The notes under the pieces were generated by a model, which was not told the DNA's origin, did no database searches, and saw only the letters and a program-made list of their open reading frames with translations. A DNA stretch of 64,000 nt from Lingula anatina (Eukaryota; Animalia; Brachiopoda): contig CM120648.1 of the NCBI GenBank assembly GCA_051362555.1, positions 4,460,587-4,524,586 of the forward strand. The letters are read 5' to 3'. Of this stretch, positions 1 through 13,376 are shown one piece after another (within the stretch, counting starts at the first letter, position 1; the number at the start of each line of letters is the position of its first letter). The translations under genes were made by a program, and so were the position numbers.

Positions 1-140
1 GTTTGTTTTTTTTTCAAACGCGTGCATGATAGCTTTAATATAAATGTCAGCAATTGTAATATGCGGACAACATAGTGGGGAGCGGTGGGCTTTTAGTTTG
101 GGGTCAAGATCCCGGAATCATGCCACTAGAGGGCACTGGT

Positions 141-809
141 CACCCTGAGCTTCAGAGATAACTTGACACTAAACTCTTCACTATAGCCTATCTTCATCGT
201 GTCAAGTTACCTCTGACCACATTCGATTGCCCCCGCCGCCCGCCAACCAAATTTAAAGCCCGCACTCAATGACTCATCGAACGATCTAGCCAATGAACGG
301 GAACGAGTCAAAGCGCGCTTTGTTCAAATCCGGACCAATTAGAGATAAGGCTCAATATCAGGGACTTGCCGTAACCTGTGGGCAGCACGCAAAATACATC
401 ATCCCTCAGTAGATAATGATGCAGGGCCTCAAACTGCTCTGGTTTCAATTCCGATATACTCATATTTTGCAAAGAATCAAGAGATAACTTAACACATTAT
501 TTTAAGTAGTCACTCGTAGAAGACGCCATGCTTTCTTTGTGTACGGTTATGCACTCGGCACTACTCGGATGTCTCCGCACTCGACAATAACTTTGTTGTT
601 AGTATGGAGCTTGCGGAATCAGCCGAGGATTACCGATTGACGGTCAACCAATCAGCGTTTTCACCAAACTTTGGTGAAAAATTTTGAAACTTGGATTCGA
701 TTGGCTTATATAAACTAGGTCAAACTATTTTCGTCAGAGGTAACTTGACACGACGAAGATAGGCTATTGTGAAGAGGTTAGTGTCAAGTTATCTCTGAAG
801 CTCAGGGTG
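141..809 (+). mobile_element. Non-autonomous DNA transposon (MITE), about 75-bp TIRs, 8-bp TSD (hAT- or P-like)
   Basis: TIRs CACCCTGAGCTTCAGAG...CTCTGAAGCTCAGGGTG; TSD GCACTGGT at 133-140 and 810-817. The element is absent at the paralogous site near 12545, and a second copy lies at 38800-39467. Confidence 0.95.
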
Positions 810-1651
810 GCACTGGTGGAATGTCCAGCTAATATCTGATGGCCCACTGGTAGCAAGCCGCATGGGTTTGGAGCCTGAAATCCTCGGCAAACGAGAACAG
901 CCGGGTTTAAAATTTATTCCTGGCACCAGTTTCTCAAAAGAACCTGTAAGTTCTGGTGGCTTACATCTTTTGTTACCAACGTTACGTAGACACATGCACA
1001 CATCTTACCCTACCAGAAACAGCACTCTCATGGACATATGCACACATCCTAGTCAACTAACGGTTAAAATTTTCTGTGAAATGGGGCTCTAGTCTATTGG
1101 AATCTGTTTAATTTTGAAACGATTCCACCTTTCTTGGGGTGGAGAGGGTGTGGGTGTGAAGGGGGGGTCTTTTAAGGGAATTGTCATCAGGGTTGAGAAT
1201 CGTACGTTCCACGATTCTACGCTAATGCAAACCTCCTATTTCTAGACGTAGATTATTTCTTTGTGTCCGGCAAAGGTGCACGGGTTTGTCATAGAGGTTG
1301 ATCTAAGTAGCAGTTGTCCAAGGTGACATAGACGCCATTCAAAACATGTTGAAAAACCTCAACTTTTTTATCAAATAGTTGTCGGACTTCGATTGAATTT
1401 TAGTTAAAAATATTCTAGGAAGACCTCTTCGAAATGTGTGTATGTAATTAAGTAAATTATTGGTGAAGCAACCAGGAAAAAATATTGATTTTGCTTTATA
1501 AAGGTATGTCAGGATCCGTGTTCCCTCAATTAGAGGAAAACATAGTGACAGTAATGTCAATGAGGATCTTGATAATAATGAGAAAAGTGCTTATTTTGGT
1601 GATTCCGACTTGTATTATGGAAATGACAGAATCACATGTTTGTTTTTTCGG

Positions 1652-2166
1652 AAAATGCAAATTGTGGAAATTTTAGCCTTTTGACTGTTCCAGTTGCAGG
1701 AATGCCATGTGAGGTTCGAAACGATTGCGAGCTGCTAACCCAAGACTGCCTCGGTATTTCGCAGTGGATGGGAACTTTCATGTCTGACGCGCTCAGAGAG
1801 AAGTTGATTGTGCGTACATATTTCTTTCTCCCTCCCTTCTTTCTCCACCTGTCTGTCTTTTTATTAAATGGATTTCCTTGTTTATTTTAAGTAGGCCTAA
1901 AACAAAAATCTGCAAAACCATTTCGGTACCACTATGCTGCAGTCAATTAGATGAATTATAACTAGACATTTCTGATCTCTCTCTCTCTGACACATTTTCC
2001 TGTTTTCTTGCAGTTAACTACCAGCATAATATGCATTTTCGGTCTCGAGCAACAAGTGGCAGTACCATCATTTGAGTGCATTGGTGGTTTGTGTGTGGAT
2101 ACTGGAGTACCTGTTGCCATAGGCTTGGTTGCGCAACCCACCGTGACAGAAATTTTGGGCGACTGA
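1652..2166 (+). pseudogene. Duplicate of exons 4-5 of the secreted Cys-rich orphan gene, with the exon-4 acceptor lost
   Basis: Encodes NANCGNFSLLTVPVAGMPCEVRNDC... and LTTSIICIFG...FECIGGLCVDTG...ILGD*. The acceptor ttgttAG (12856-12857) reads ttttcGG here (1650-1651). Any upstream exons lie outside the window. Confidence 0.7.
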
Positions 2167-3554
2167 AGAATGACGTGAATGGATCAAGCAGTTTTGAAAT
2201 TTTCCATCTTTTAATACAGTTTTGGAATAGCATAGGATCCCGTCCTTATACCAGGCATACAAACAGACAGACAGATGTACGGACGGAATGACGGACAGTC
2301 ACTCCTAAGCACACATATTAGGATTTACTGGTGCTTTGTTTTAGGTTCAACCACAGACCTCTTTAAGAAATTCACAGCTCTCCATTCAAACGTAGAGGCC
2401 GACCCTGATGTTACTGTAGTCACCCCAATAGCAAAAAAAAATGTCAGTTTTACAAGAATGGTAGTCCGTGGTCCCATATGATTGGTATAGGTTGGGGTTA
2501 GTCGAAGTATTGGTGTTACTATTGGGACGAATGTCACCTGTGCAAAGTAATGGGGAACGGACTTTGGTTCCTAGCTGACTATCATGCCTGACACACCCTG
2601 TCGATCGTGTACAACAGAGCTACCTGTGTCACAGGGTCTGACTCCTAATGATTTGTACAGCTTAGCCGCGTCCTAGATTTGGAATAACATACGTCACGCT
2701 AACCCTAGCCTGTACGAATCTAATGGAGGGTGGACTCTCAAACATTAGGTGAATCCATTTAAAGAGAAAAGACCGACCTTAATTGCTGTACAATATAAAG
2801 CGATGTACACCTGACTGAAGTTCATAATATTTTTGATCGAAATATCCTTTTTGAGAATTTGTAATTTTAAACTTTAACCTTAAAAGGACCTCGTTGTCAT
2901 AAGGTATAAATGATATCAAATCACGTATATATATATATTTCAGTGGGATATTGATGTGCAAGTAAAATTGGCATTATAATCATAGGTCTCTGTTGTGCTT
3001 ACCTTTCTGTAAGAGTCTTCATCACCTTTTTATTCCCTTTTGGGAATAAAAATAATTACGACTTTAAAACAAGGAAATGTTCTGCAAATTATCACAACCC
3101 TGAATAAATAAGTGCCGCCGTCTGGATTTTTGTGGGGGTTATTTTCAGTATTTTATAAAAAAAGGATTGTTTTAACGGCCGACAATGTTTTTGTTAATTT
3201 TAGTGACAACATTTTCTCCAAATACACCAACAAACAAAAACAACACTCTGCAACAGCGCAAACAAAATGACTATGATTATTTCAAATAAGGTATATTACT
3301 GTAGAAACGGGCTTTTATCAAAAGAACTAAGGGAATTTATACGGTTCAGAGGTCAAAGAAGCATTCTTGCTAAAAGAAAGTATTGTAAAAGGAAAAATAA
3401 GTCCAATCTTTTCATTCACTTGAATTAAGGACTACTTCAGTCTTTCAGTTTCCTTGAATAGCATTTGGCAAATTTACCGTTCGACTGCGCATCAAAATAA
3501 GAATACTTTCCCTTACGACTATGTATTCAATTCCATCAAATGATAGCCTGTAAT

Positions 3555-6316
3555 TCACCGTGGCGAGAACACCAAATCTGAAGAAGGGGAACAGCTTCCA
3601 TTTAATGGTATCGTTTTAACCAGTTTGTGCGAGGGACTGGTGGTCGTCACGTCGCTAGCCGTGCTAAAGAAGCGCTGCCGCTGCGTCAAACCCCAGCGAC
3701 GAACTCTTCGTAGACGCACGCACAAGATGGTCGTCACCAGAACGCCGAGGATGCCGAGAAGAGAGATCATCTCGATGCTGTGGAGATCACACTCGTCACT
3801 GGCATAGTCTTCCTCATCCGGGAATTTAGAAATCTAACCTGAATAATTAAAATATATATAATAATAATGATGAAATCGTAATTTAGTCATGAAGACATTT
3901 TTCAAATATTTGGTCTTGTGGATAAAATGTTTAATAAAGTGAAAATATATGTATAAAAAATAATAATAAAAGAAGTAGAAACAAATTACAGAGACTACAA
4001 ACTTGCTTCGTGAAATTATCGGTATAAATGGATATAATACGTGCCCCTAGAGACCGCTTGGTTATATATATAGATATATATTTAAATAGACTATTGAAAT
4101 ATATATATAGATATATATTTAAATAGACTATTGAAAACCCGTAACGAGAAGTTGCATTCACCACAGACTTAGTGAAACTGACAAATGTTGCTCTAACCGC
4201 TCTGCTTATTCACATACATGTATAATACGCGATAGAGCGCTCACAAATAAAATAAATCATTAACTTTCATCTAATTTATCTTTTATCGTATCCTTTTTAT
4301 TACACTAAGGTTTATTTTCACATCTTAAATTTGATGATTGTATTATTAGCATTACTACATTATTATTATTTCACTTTTAAATCACCTTCAAGGGCATACA
4401 AAAGAATACAATTTTTGACGTATATTTTACATATATATCAGCTGAATAAATTATTATCATTAACATATTAATAAAAAAGTTAACGATAATTACTGGTGTT
4501 TGTTTGTAAATCACCTTTAGTTTGTGCCTGTGGTTTCTCTCTATCATCATCCAGAACCATGATTAATTCTGAGACGCTCAAAACAGGTCGGTAGTCACCC
4601 TGGTCATTTTCGTTCTTCCTTTCAGTTTCGGTATCATTCTCTTCTTTTCCTTTAGTCGGTGGGTCTTCAGTGTCTGAACTGCGTTTGTTAACTTCTGTGA
4701 AGACGAACAATACAGAAACACCAAGAGTGTTAAACCTTTATATAGAAAAACTTAATTTTCTGGGAAATTTCATTTCTTTACTTTAAAACACTGAGGTGCA
4801 TTGTAAGCAAAACCGTTGAAAGAATAGCGGTTCACAACCCCACTTTTGGGTCTTATGTTGCTGGTTTATCTTATAGCAGATACGAAGTCTCTTGATGTCA
4901 TAATAGAAATGAACAAATCGTTAACTGGTTCACACTCTCTGTAACTGTTTTGGACATGATAAAGAGAATATTGCTGAAAGCGAACTCACATAATAAACAA
5001 CTGAACATTTATAGAATTATTGTGACATACTTCAAAATCACTTGAAAAGAAAACTCACTTGGTTGCTCTGTCTCTAGCCACCAACTTTCATTTTGAAAAT
5101 TGTAAGGATGAACTCGTAACCAAGGAGGCAGGGTGGCGACCTTTGAATGACCGTGAAAACCATGATAAGACTCCTCTGTGTCCTTTGGTTGGCACTGATT
5201 CTTTTGAAACCGTAATGAAAATTGCAATGAAAATGTAGACATTTTCTATCACTTAATGGGAAATCCATTCAGATGATTACAATACATGTAACAAAAATTT
5301 CCATTTCCAAATGAAAGAAATAAAAAATGAACAAAAATCTTATTATAAAGTTGCCAATGCCTTGACTTTTGGCATTGTTGTTTAGCAATGGCTGATGGGA
5401 CTGTCTCATTCTCAATGAAATGTGATGCTTTTTTTTTTTTGGCAGTGTGTTAGGTGTGACAGTGTGTTATATGTTGTAGTATGTCTGATGCGACATTGTG
5501 TTAGCTGTGACAGTACATGACATGTGACAGTGTCTTTACTATTGCTTACCCCGTCACACCTATTCCCAGGCAGTTGGCTTGCACACGTTGACACCTGGCA
5601 TTCAAAATACAGAGTAATAAACTGCTCGTATTTGATCACTCTGAACTTGGGGGAGTACACACTCCTTACGGTGCTCTTTTCACCTAAACCAGACTGGAAA
5701 CCTTGATTATGGGGAATCGGAGATTCCACACCACAACTGGAAACAATAATGTATGATCTTTAATTTAAAGAAAGCAGCTCTTTTGTTTTTATTGTTAGTG
5801 TTGATATATGGCAAAACGTATGATAACAGGAGTAATTGAAACAAATTTGAAACCACATTTTCTTTGGCTTTTTAGCAGAGTGAAAAGTAACAAGAGTGTG
5901 TGAAAAAGTACTGCTGCTGTTAAAGTAGAAAGTGGTTTACAGTGGTTTTGTCACTTATCAAGAGTTAACGGACCACTGTAGGTCCACGGTTCAAGGAGAC
6001 ATAATGGCACAAAACTATGACCTGTGGAGAGCTTTTGTTGGGGGGGGGGGGGGGGGGGGGGGGGGCATGTCCGATCAGCTCCGACCCAACTGTTCTTGAT
6101 GATTACAGGCTAATAGACTTATTGGCTCTATTCTTTTTTTTTTAATCAAAACAAGTAACTGATTATTACAAGTGATATTAGAGAGAATCTGTCCATGCAC
6201 TCACAAGGTCTTGTGTTGGCTGTTGGAGTATAATAGCGCCCTCTTTTTCCTGCGGTCTAAGTGTACAATGGAGGGATCATGGGACTGAGTGAAGATGTAG
6301 TTGCCATCTTGGCTTC
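3555..6316 (-). pseudogene. Internally deleted paralog fragment of the MAM-ZP gene (exons 6316-6205, 5736-5550, 5194-5059, about 4694-4515, 3838-3555)
   Basis: Exons match 23467-23371, 16978-16792, 16330-16195, 15830-15651 and 15015-14714. There is a GAG>TAG change at 3836-3834 and an 18-bp deletion inside the TM helix (ILLFLL lost). Confidence 0.85.
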
Positions 6317-6840
6317 CTAACGGAACAAGCACATGCCACCTTTTATATGACAAAGGAAAGCGCAAATTATACTTATATCTGTAACACTAGTCTGAACTCA
6401 CTGATGCAAATGGCACTGGGACTACCTTACACTGATAGATTATTGACTATCCTGATTCATTTGATGAAATAAAGGAAATTTTCATCTCATCATTAATGTT
6501 GAGTATATGTGTGTTAACAATAAAACTGCTTAGATGGTATATTCATTATATTGTTTTAGAGGCTTACAAATGAGAAACGGGCATAATGATCAGACTTCCT
6601 AAGGAAGAGAAAATGGCAGCAAAACACTGACTCACAAACAGACACAGAAACAAGCAGTTAGGGAAACACGCAGAGAGTCAGCCAGTCAGACAAACAAACA
6701 GATTGTACTGCACATTGTACTACACAACAGAATTCCGTAATAAGTTTACCACGGAGCTCTACACTGACCCAAGAGAACACTGAGAGAAAACTGATAGGGA
6801 AAATTAACCAACACAACACAGCAGCTTTGGTGCAAAATTA
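6165..6840. repeat. Duplicate of about 23335-23995 (RRKKR exon of MAM7 plus flanking intron)
   Basis: Direct sequence match, e.g. GAAGATGTAGTTG..TCTTGGCTTCCTAACGGAACAAGCACATGCCAC occurs at both sites. Confidence 0.9.
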
Positions 6841-7365
6841 AAGGGATAACAGCCGTACGTAAGATATCCGTATTTCACAATAAATACATTGTAAATAACT
6901 CATAGAAATACAAAAAATTCTATTTTGCCCCCAAAACGGCAGTTAACACATTTATTTTGGAATTTGCACTTGCCATCACATCACGTGACCTTCATAGATG
7001 GCTACACACTGTAATAATCTCTTAAGATTTTTTTAGAAAAAAAAACAGGGACTAATTTTGAATGTGGGAATGCATTCATTTACAATTGGTACGTATGGGA
7101 AAATTGTCCTTTACCCCAGGAAAATTCATTTTTTGGCCAAATAAGATTGATAATATAAAGAGACTAATTTCCATCGGTTTTCAAACGCATTTAGTTCACC
7201 AACATTTCAGAAAACTTACTATATAGGGACAGCTGAATAACTACCAGTACGTATACAAATATTCTACCTTTTCTGCATTTGGTCTTACACCATTCTTAAC
7301 TCTTCAAAGTGAGGAAAACTCGATCTATCTTGATGTAAAAAAAAAAAACGTTTGGATAAAGTTTA

Positions 7366-8279
7366 AGCCTCGGTCACAACCGGACGCACGACTTTCATGA
7401 TCGTACGTCCCCTGCGATTTTTGGGTGTTGCGGAGGCCGTGGAGTTCGTAGAGGTAGAGGAAATTCTGCCTTGCGAGTCGCAAGGGCCACATGAGATGTC
7501 CTTTCAACCAGGGACGCTAATTGCAAGGAGCGATGGCCGTGGAAATTGTACTCATTTCTTGAGTTTGTCTTGCTTCCTGTGTGCGTGGCACACACTCACC
7601 ACTTACGAAGGGAATGCAACGCACGGCGAAAGTAGTGCCCTTTTCCGTCAGTTTTGCTTCACACTTGCCTCACACGTTTGTGGTGACGTACTGACGGCGT
7701 ACGTCAGTTTTGCTTCCTGTTCTCCTCTCCTTTCTTTTTCCTCCTCCCTTTTTTCTACTATGTAAGCTTTTTTTCTTGCCTTTTGGAGGCATATTAGAAA
7801 GTAAATCGCGCAAAAATTGAAAATTTTTTGAAAATTGTTGTACACGTAACACAGTCGACGTTCATTGTAAAGACAAGAGCGTGCGCCGTGAGCACGCCTT
7901 TTATACATCGGGCGTGGGGGTGACGCACGTGCGACGCATTCCCGGTGTGTTCTCGATTTTGTTCGTTGGTTGTGAGGGCGTGCACCTTACTCAACACGCA
8001 AAGGGCATTTACTCCTTCATTGCCTGCGACGTGCGTCTTGCACAACGCGCGTCTCTCTTGCTAACTCCGTGCGAGAGGAGCAAGTTACGCTTGCGGCCTC
8101 GCTGTTCGCAGGCTATTCGTAGAATCTTTTGGACATGTCCAACATCCTCCGTACGTGCTTACGGGCTGTCTGCGAACTCGAAATTTCGTAAGAAGGACTT
8201 GCGTGGGACGTGAGATTCTGCGCAAAATTTGGACACAAACAGCCCGTAAGAGCCCGTACGGCCGGTTGTGACCGAGGCT
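7366..8279. mobile_element. PIF/Harbinger-type non-autonomous element
   Basis: TIR AGCCTCGGTCACAACCGG / CCGGTTGTGACCGAGGCT; TTA TSD at 7363-7365 and 8280-8282. The interior is CpG-rich with a broken minus-strand MPPKGKKK start. Confidence 0.85.
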
Positions 8280-8883
8280 TTAAAATAAAGTAGAATACTA
8301 ATAGGCCCTTTTTTCAACCAGCTTTACCCCCGCCCTCCTATTTGTTCAGTTGCAAGATTCATATATAATAAGAATTTCGGTCACCTAGTGAGGGCAGTCT
8401 GGATATTATTTTTCAGTATTTGAGTGGTTATTTTTAAAACAAATTGGTAGGTAGCATTATCAGAAGGGACGTCTAGCCATTATCTTACGTCGCCCTTACG
8501 AGGTCACCTGCAACTGCGGTTAACGTTATCTCATATCAACCGAACCGCAAACAAAATGACACTTCTTTAGAAAGATGATGATATACATTTACACTTCGTG
8601 TGTAATCAACAGTTTTAAATGACATAACATTTTTTCAACTATAAAAATGATAACACTTTTTTTAAAATAAATTCTTATCACATTAGTTGCGTTATTTCCT
8701 TAATGTGTCTTATATAACACGGCGTCACATCGGATAAGAAGGTCTCAGGCGCGTTTTGTGACTTTACTCAGTACCACACCACGGGGTATCTACGGTTAAA
8801 ATAAGAGGTAAGTTGTCACATCTATCTATTTCTATGAAATTTGGGTACTTAACATCATCAGGCCAGATCAGGCATGAGCCTAG

Positions 8884-8935
<52 letters not shown>

Positions 8936-9379
8936 GATTATTTATCATGGGACCTAACACCTAACCGGTCGGAAATCTCAGGGATCATCAGTTTCCGCGG
9001 AAAAAGGTCATGTCTGTAAGATAATGCAAAGAGGGAGAAGAGCGTTACACTTATTCTGTACAGGTAGACATTTAGTTATTAATATGTTTAATTAATTTCC
9101 TCTGTAAAAACCTACAGACTTATGTAGGATGAAATTAAAAAAGGACTGTTAGGAAGCTTTATCAAAAATACCAGTTGTTATTGTTGTCGGTCAATAAATT
9201 TTTTAATTAAGGATTTTTTGCTCTGCGTTCAAAGCAACATGCACATGTCGGTATAGGTCCGTATAAAGTATACATGCACTTTGCTGTTTGAAGGTTTATC
9301 AAAGGTTTATCATGAACTTTTTGTTTCTTTTCAGTTGTGGACATCACTCGCGCTGCCCTTTCTGCTTCACACAATCACA

Positions 9380-12300
9380 ATGAGGAACTCAACAGTCCTG
9401 GGGATTCTTCTGATCATCGCTGGTCATCAGGTAGGGTAAAACACCACGTTTATTAACCTGATATGTCACACAAGTCATGTTGTAAAAAAGGTTTCTTTAA
9501 GAGAGCCTAATAACAAGCGGATCCAGTACAAGGCGCAGAGATCACGTGTCACGTGCCACTCGGAAGTTTGTGCATAAATTTTAATTTCATTCTGAAATTT
9601 TAGTTACTGCAGGAATCCGCTTTTTGCTGTAATTCCCAAACCACCTACCCACTCCCCTTTTTTGTTAGCCATTAAAAACCTATTGCACTTCAAAATCTAT
9701 TTTATTCTTGCGAACATGTATAATGAGGTTCTATTGTTAGATTTTGTGGGCAAGCAGGTTCTGAATCCTTCTTAATTTGGCCCCCTGAAGACTTCATAAA
9801 TTACAATCACGCGCAAAGGTTGTGAACTATTTCCTTACCTTGACCACTGGAATATCTTTGTCAATGCATGCCTTGATGAACTCTTCCAATATGGCCGTCA
9901 AAACCACTTCTGCAAATCTATCCGAAACAAATGTATATATAACCAACACCACTTGAAAAAAGAAAATGCCAAATGTGCCGCACAGGAGTTATAGAGGATG
10001 AAAAGCACTTTTTAATTAACTGTCCTCTGTATATTGAATACAGAAAAGAACGCTTTCAAATAGTTCAAAGCGGCCATACGTATACATGCTTTACACATTT
10101 AAGCAACGAAGATAAATTCTCCTTCATAATGAACAGCCCAAACGAGTCAGTTACAATATCCTTGGCCAAATTCCTTAACCTCGATTTTGGCAAAAGAAAC
10201 TGTGCTAACTCTTCCACTTTGTGATGTCTATGGCTATAAATAATTTCTATAAATATGAAGGTTTGCTTCACATAGTAGAAAACAGGCTTGTGCATAATTA
10301 ATATCTATGTCTTACTCATGTATACAATACTTGTAGTATGATGCAAGCATATGATCAGTGTTGTGAGCAGTTGACTCGGCATTAAGACCATACCTAGATT
10401 ATGATTATGAAATACTGAACATGTATGTATAATAATAGTACATTTCTATATATGTAATTTTGGTGCTATTTATCTGTGTATTTTATTATTATTATTAGGC
10501 CTTCCATTACTATTGTTGCTATTACTTTAACTCTGTACATTCTCAGTCTGGTGTAGAAAATATGAATAAAGCACAAAATATATACGGGAGTATCAAACTT
10601 AGATGAAGTTTGTAAATAAGTGCTATTATTACGTGAATGTGTTTTGAGATGTAAACAAAAAGTGTCTTTCAAATTGTACATGTATAACAACTGAACACAC
10701 ACACACACACATGATAAAAGGAAGAAAAAAAGTAATTATAATATCTGAATTTGATAAAGCGAATGGGTAGTCGCAGTGACAGTGACGTAGGCCTACACTT
10801 TGGCCGAATAAACATTCGATTGTAAACAGATGTGAACAGCGTTTGGATAATGTTTCAAATCAAGCAAAATGTTAAGTTGACCCAGGACGTACAGAGAAAG
10901 TATCAAATCTAAGTTAATTTAGTTTAAGTTTCTTTTAACATTGTACAATAACCATTGGGTTGCAATTTTACTGAATAAATTATTATTATTATTATTATTA
11001 AAGATATGCTTTAAGCTTGCCTCATAAGATCACTTTGCGCCTATCGCACTCGCCGGTTGTCACTCGATCATTAGGTTGTCTTATTCACGTAAATTATTTG
11101 TGTTTTCATTTCTGTAACGTTCATATTCATTTTGTTTCAATAAAGTTGTAAATTTTCATCACTACCTGTAATCGTTTCAATAAACTTATAAAGTTGTAAA
11201 TTTTCATCACTACCTGTAATCATTTCCTTGCAGATTAATATATATATATATCAATTAATTTTTTAACAGGTGTTGGTGTCTGATGCGCAGGCTGCACCAT
11301 GTGAGTATTTAAGTGTGTGACGGTTATTTGAAATTCTGCCCTGTTTCACGCATTGTCATGTTGAACTACGTGTATGTAATGTAGTTTAGCGTGGGGTTGG
11401 CGTGGGGTTCGGGACCCAAAAACTTTTGGTATTTTAGAGAGTGAACGGTTCCATTTGGTACGGTTTAGAACTACGATTACAGCTTGAATCAAAATTCTAA
11501 TTTCAAGAGGGGACCATTGGCGTGATTTTTTTTCCAGAAATCGAAGGGGGGGGGGGGGGGGGGTCATTATCCCCCTCAATTCGCCACTGTAATGTCACTG
11601 TAATGTCATGTAATGTCATGCTCTCAGGCCCGTAGGTAGAGGATCTGCTCTGAACTAAACTTTTCTCTAGGTTCAATGCCAATGATGAACCACATATAGG
11701 TTTCTAGGCAAAAAAGAACTTTTTTCAGAAAAACGGACCTCTGTTAAATGAACTGTGCTATGTTGTATTATGCCATGATATTATGCCATGTTATATATAA
11801 TGTTTTGTTATATTATCTTATGTCACGTCATGATTATATTAACGTCATCAGATTCTAAAGAAAAAACACCGATATTTGGTTGTGTACCAGTCATTGATAT
11901 TTCGTTCTTCGTTTCATTCTTCAGCTTTGTTTCAAGCATGCGACAACGCTCCACTTACGACAGCAGCGCCACCTACCTTCATAACAGGTCCAGCCAACTG
12001 CCCAGACGGCGTAACCGAGTGTGTGACCAACCCGTTCTTTATCAACTTCAATTCCAATGCGACAGGAGCGACACCTGCAAACTCAGCAGCCAGAGTTTGC
12101 CTGTGTCCCAGGACCCAGGTCCCAGTGTACCCGCTCGCAACTGCTGCTGGGGTCACTACGGTAGATCCGTCGTGCATAAACAGTAAGTTCACAAAACACA
12201 GTGTCTGAATTGGGAAATAAAATATAACAACTTTTGTTGTACGCAGTTTCAAAATATTGTCATTTCCGTGGCTTAGTTGACTAGGATCAGGGAATTATAT

Positions 12301-13376
12301 CGGATAGGCCTTTAATTCCCTGCTAGGATTTATAAGAGACTGCTGTAACACTGTTCCTGATAGGTTAAAATGTGCACATGTGACCATGTAACGTTGGTAG
12401 CGAAACCGGGGCCAGGATTGAAATATGGATGTTGGTTTTTTTTTTCAAACGCGTGCATGATAACTTTAATATAAATGTCAGCAGTTGTAATATGGTGCGC
12501 TTTTAGTTTGGGGTCGAGATCCCAGAATCATGCCACTAGAGGGCAACTGGTGGAATGTCCAGCTAATATCTGGTCAAACAGTTGTCGGACTTCGATTGGA
12601 TTTTTAGTTAAAAGTATTCTAGGTAGACCTCTTCGAAATGTATGTAATTAAGTAAATTACTGGTGAAGTAACCAGGAAAAAATATTGATTTTGCTTTATA
12701 AAGGTAGGCCTATGTCAGGATCCGTGTTCCCTCAATTAGATGGAAACATAGTGACAGTCATGTCAATGAGGATCTTGATAATAATGAGAAAAGTGCTTAT
12801 TTTGGCGATTCTGACTTGTATTATGGAAATGACAGAATCACATGTTTGTTTTGTTAGAAAATGCAAATTGTGGCAATTTTAGCCTTTTGACTGTTCCAGT
12901 TACGGGAATGCCATGTGAGGTTCGAAACGATTGCGAGCTGCTAACCCAAGACTGCCTCGGTATTTCGCAGTGGATGGGAACTTTCATGTCTGACGCGCTC
13001 AGAGAGAAGTTGATTGTGCGTACATAATGCAAATTCTTTCTCCCTCCCTTCTTTCTCCACCTGTTTGTCTTTTTATGAAATGAATTCCCTAGTTTATTTT
13101 AAGTAAAACAAAAATCTGCACAGCCATTTCGGTACCACTCTGCTGCAGTCAATTAGATGAATTATAACTAGACATTTCTGATCTCTCTCTCTCTCTCTGA
13201 CATATTTACCTGTTTTCTTGCAGTTAACTACCAGCATAATATGCATTTTCGGTCTCGAGCAACAAGTGGCAGTACCATCATTTGAGTGCATTAATGGTGC
13301 GTGTGTGGATACTGGAGTACCTGTTGCCATAGGCTTGGCTGCGCAACCCACCGTGACAGAAATTTTGGGCGACTGA
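9380..13376 (+). CDS. Secreted Cys/Thr/Pro-rich orphan protein, 216 aa; exons 9380-9430, 11270-11300, 11925-12182, 12858-13015, 13224-13376
   Basis: All introns are GT-AG and phases are compatible (0,1,1,0). Signal-peptide-like start MRNSTVLGILLIIAGHQVLVSDAQA; 13 Cys including EGF-like C...C...CLC...C spacing. The duplicated exons keep frame and all Cys. Confidence 0.75.
9955..10224 (+). mobile_element. 5'-truncated non-LTR retrotransposon (LINE ORF2 C-terminal remnant)
   Basis: RKCQMC-x5-EDEKHFLINCPLYIEYR is the CCHC-type motif that ends many LINE ORF2 proteins. No RT core is present; the fragment lies in intron 1 of the orphan gene. Confidence 0.75.

Larger units (their letters stand above)
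1..6100. repeat. Segmental duplicate of about 12432-17320 (3' ends of the secreted orphan gene and of the MAM-ZP gene)
   Basis: Colinear, high-identity match visible base by base: 1-140 vs 12432-12551, 1370-5230 vs 12575-16360, 5230-6100 vs 16480-17320. The ORF track shows paired ORFs (1636/12842, 3555/14714, 4480/15616). Confidence 0.95.

Noticed and set aside
1485-1676. ORF or possible exon duplicated at 12685-12882
   Set aside because: The orphan gene splices cleanly without it, it has no good donor or recognisable protein features, and its conservation is explained by the duplication.
7325-8213. Cluster of overlapping ORFs
   Set aside because: They lie inside a GC-richer Harbinger-type element, and no intact transposase or Myb-like protein is present.
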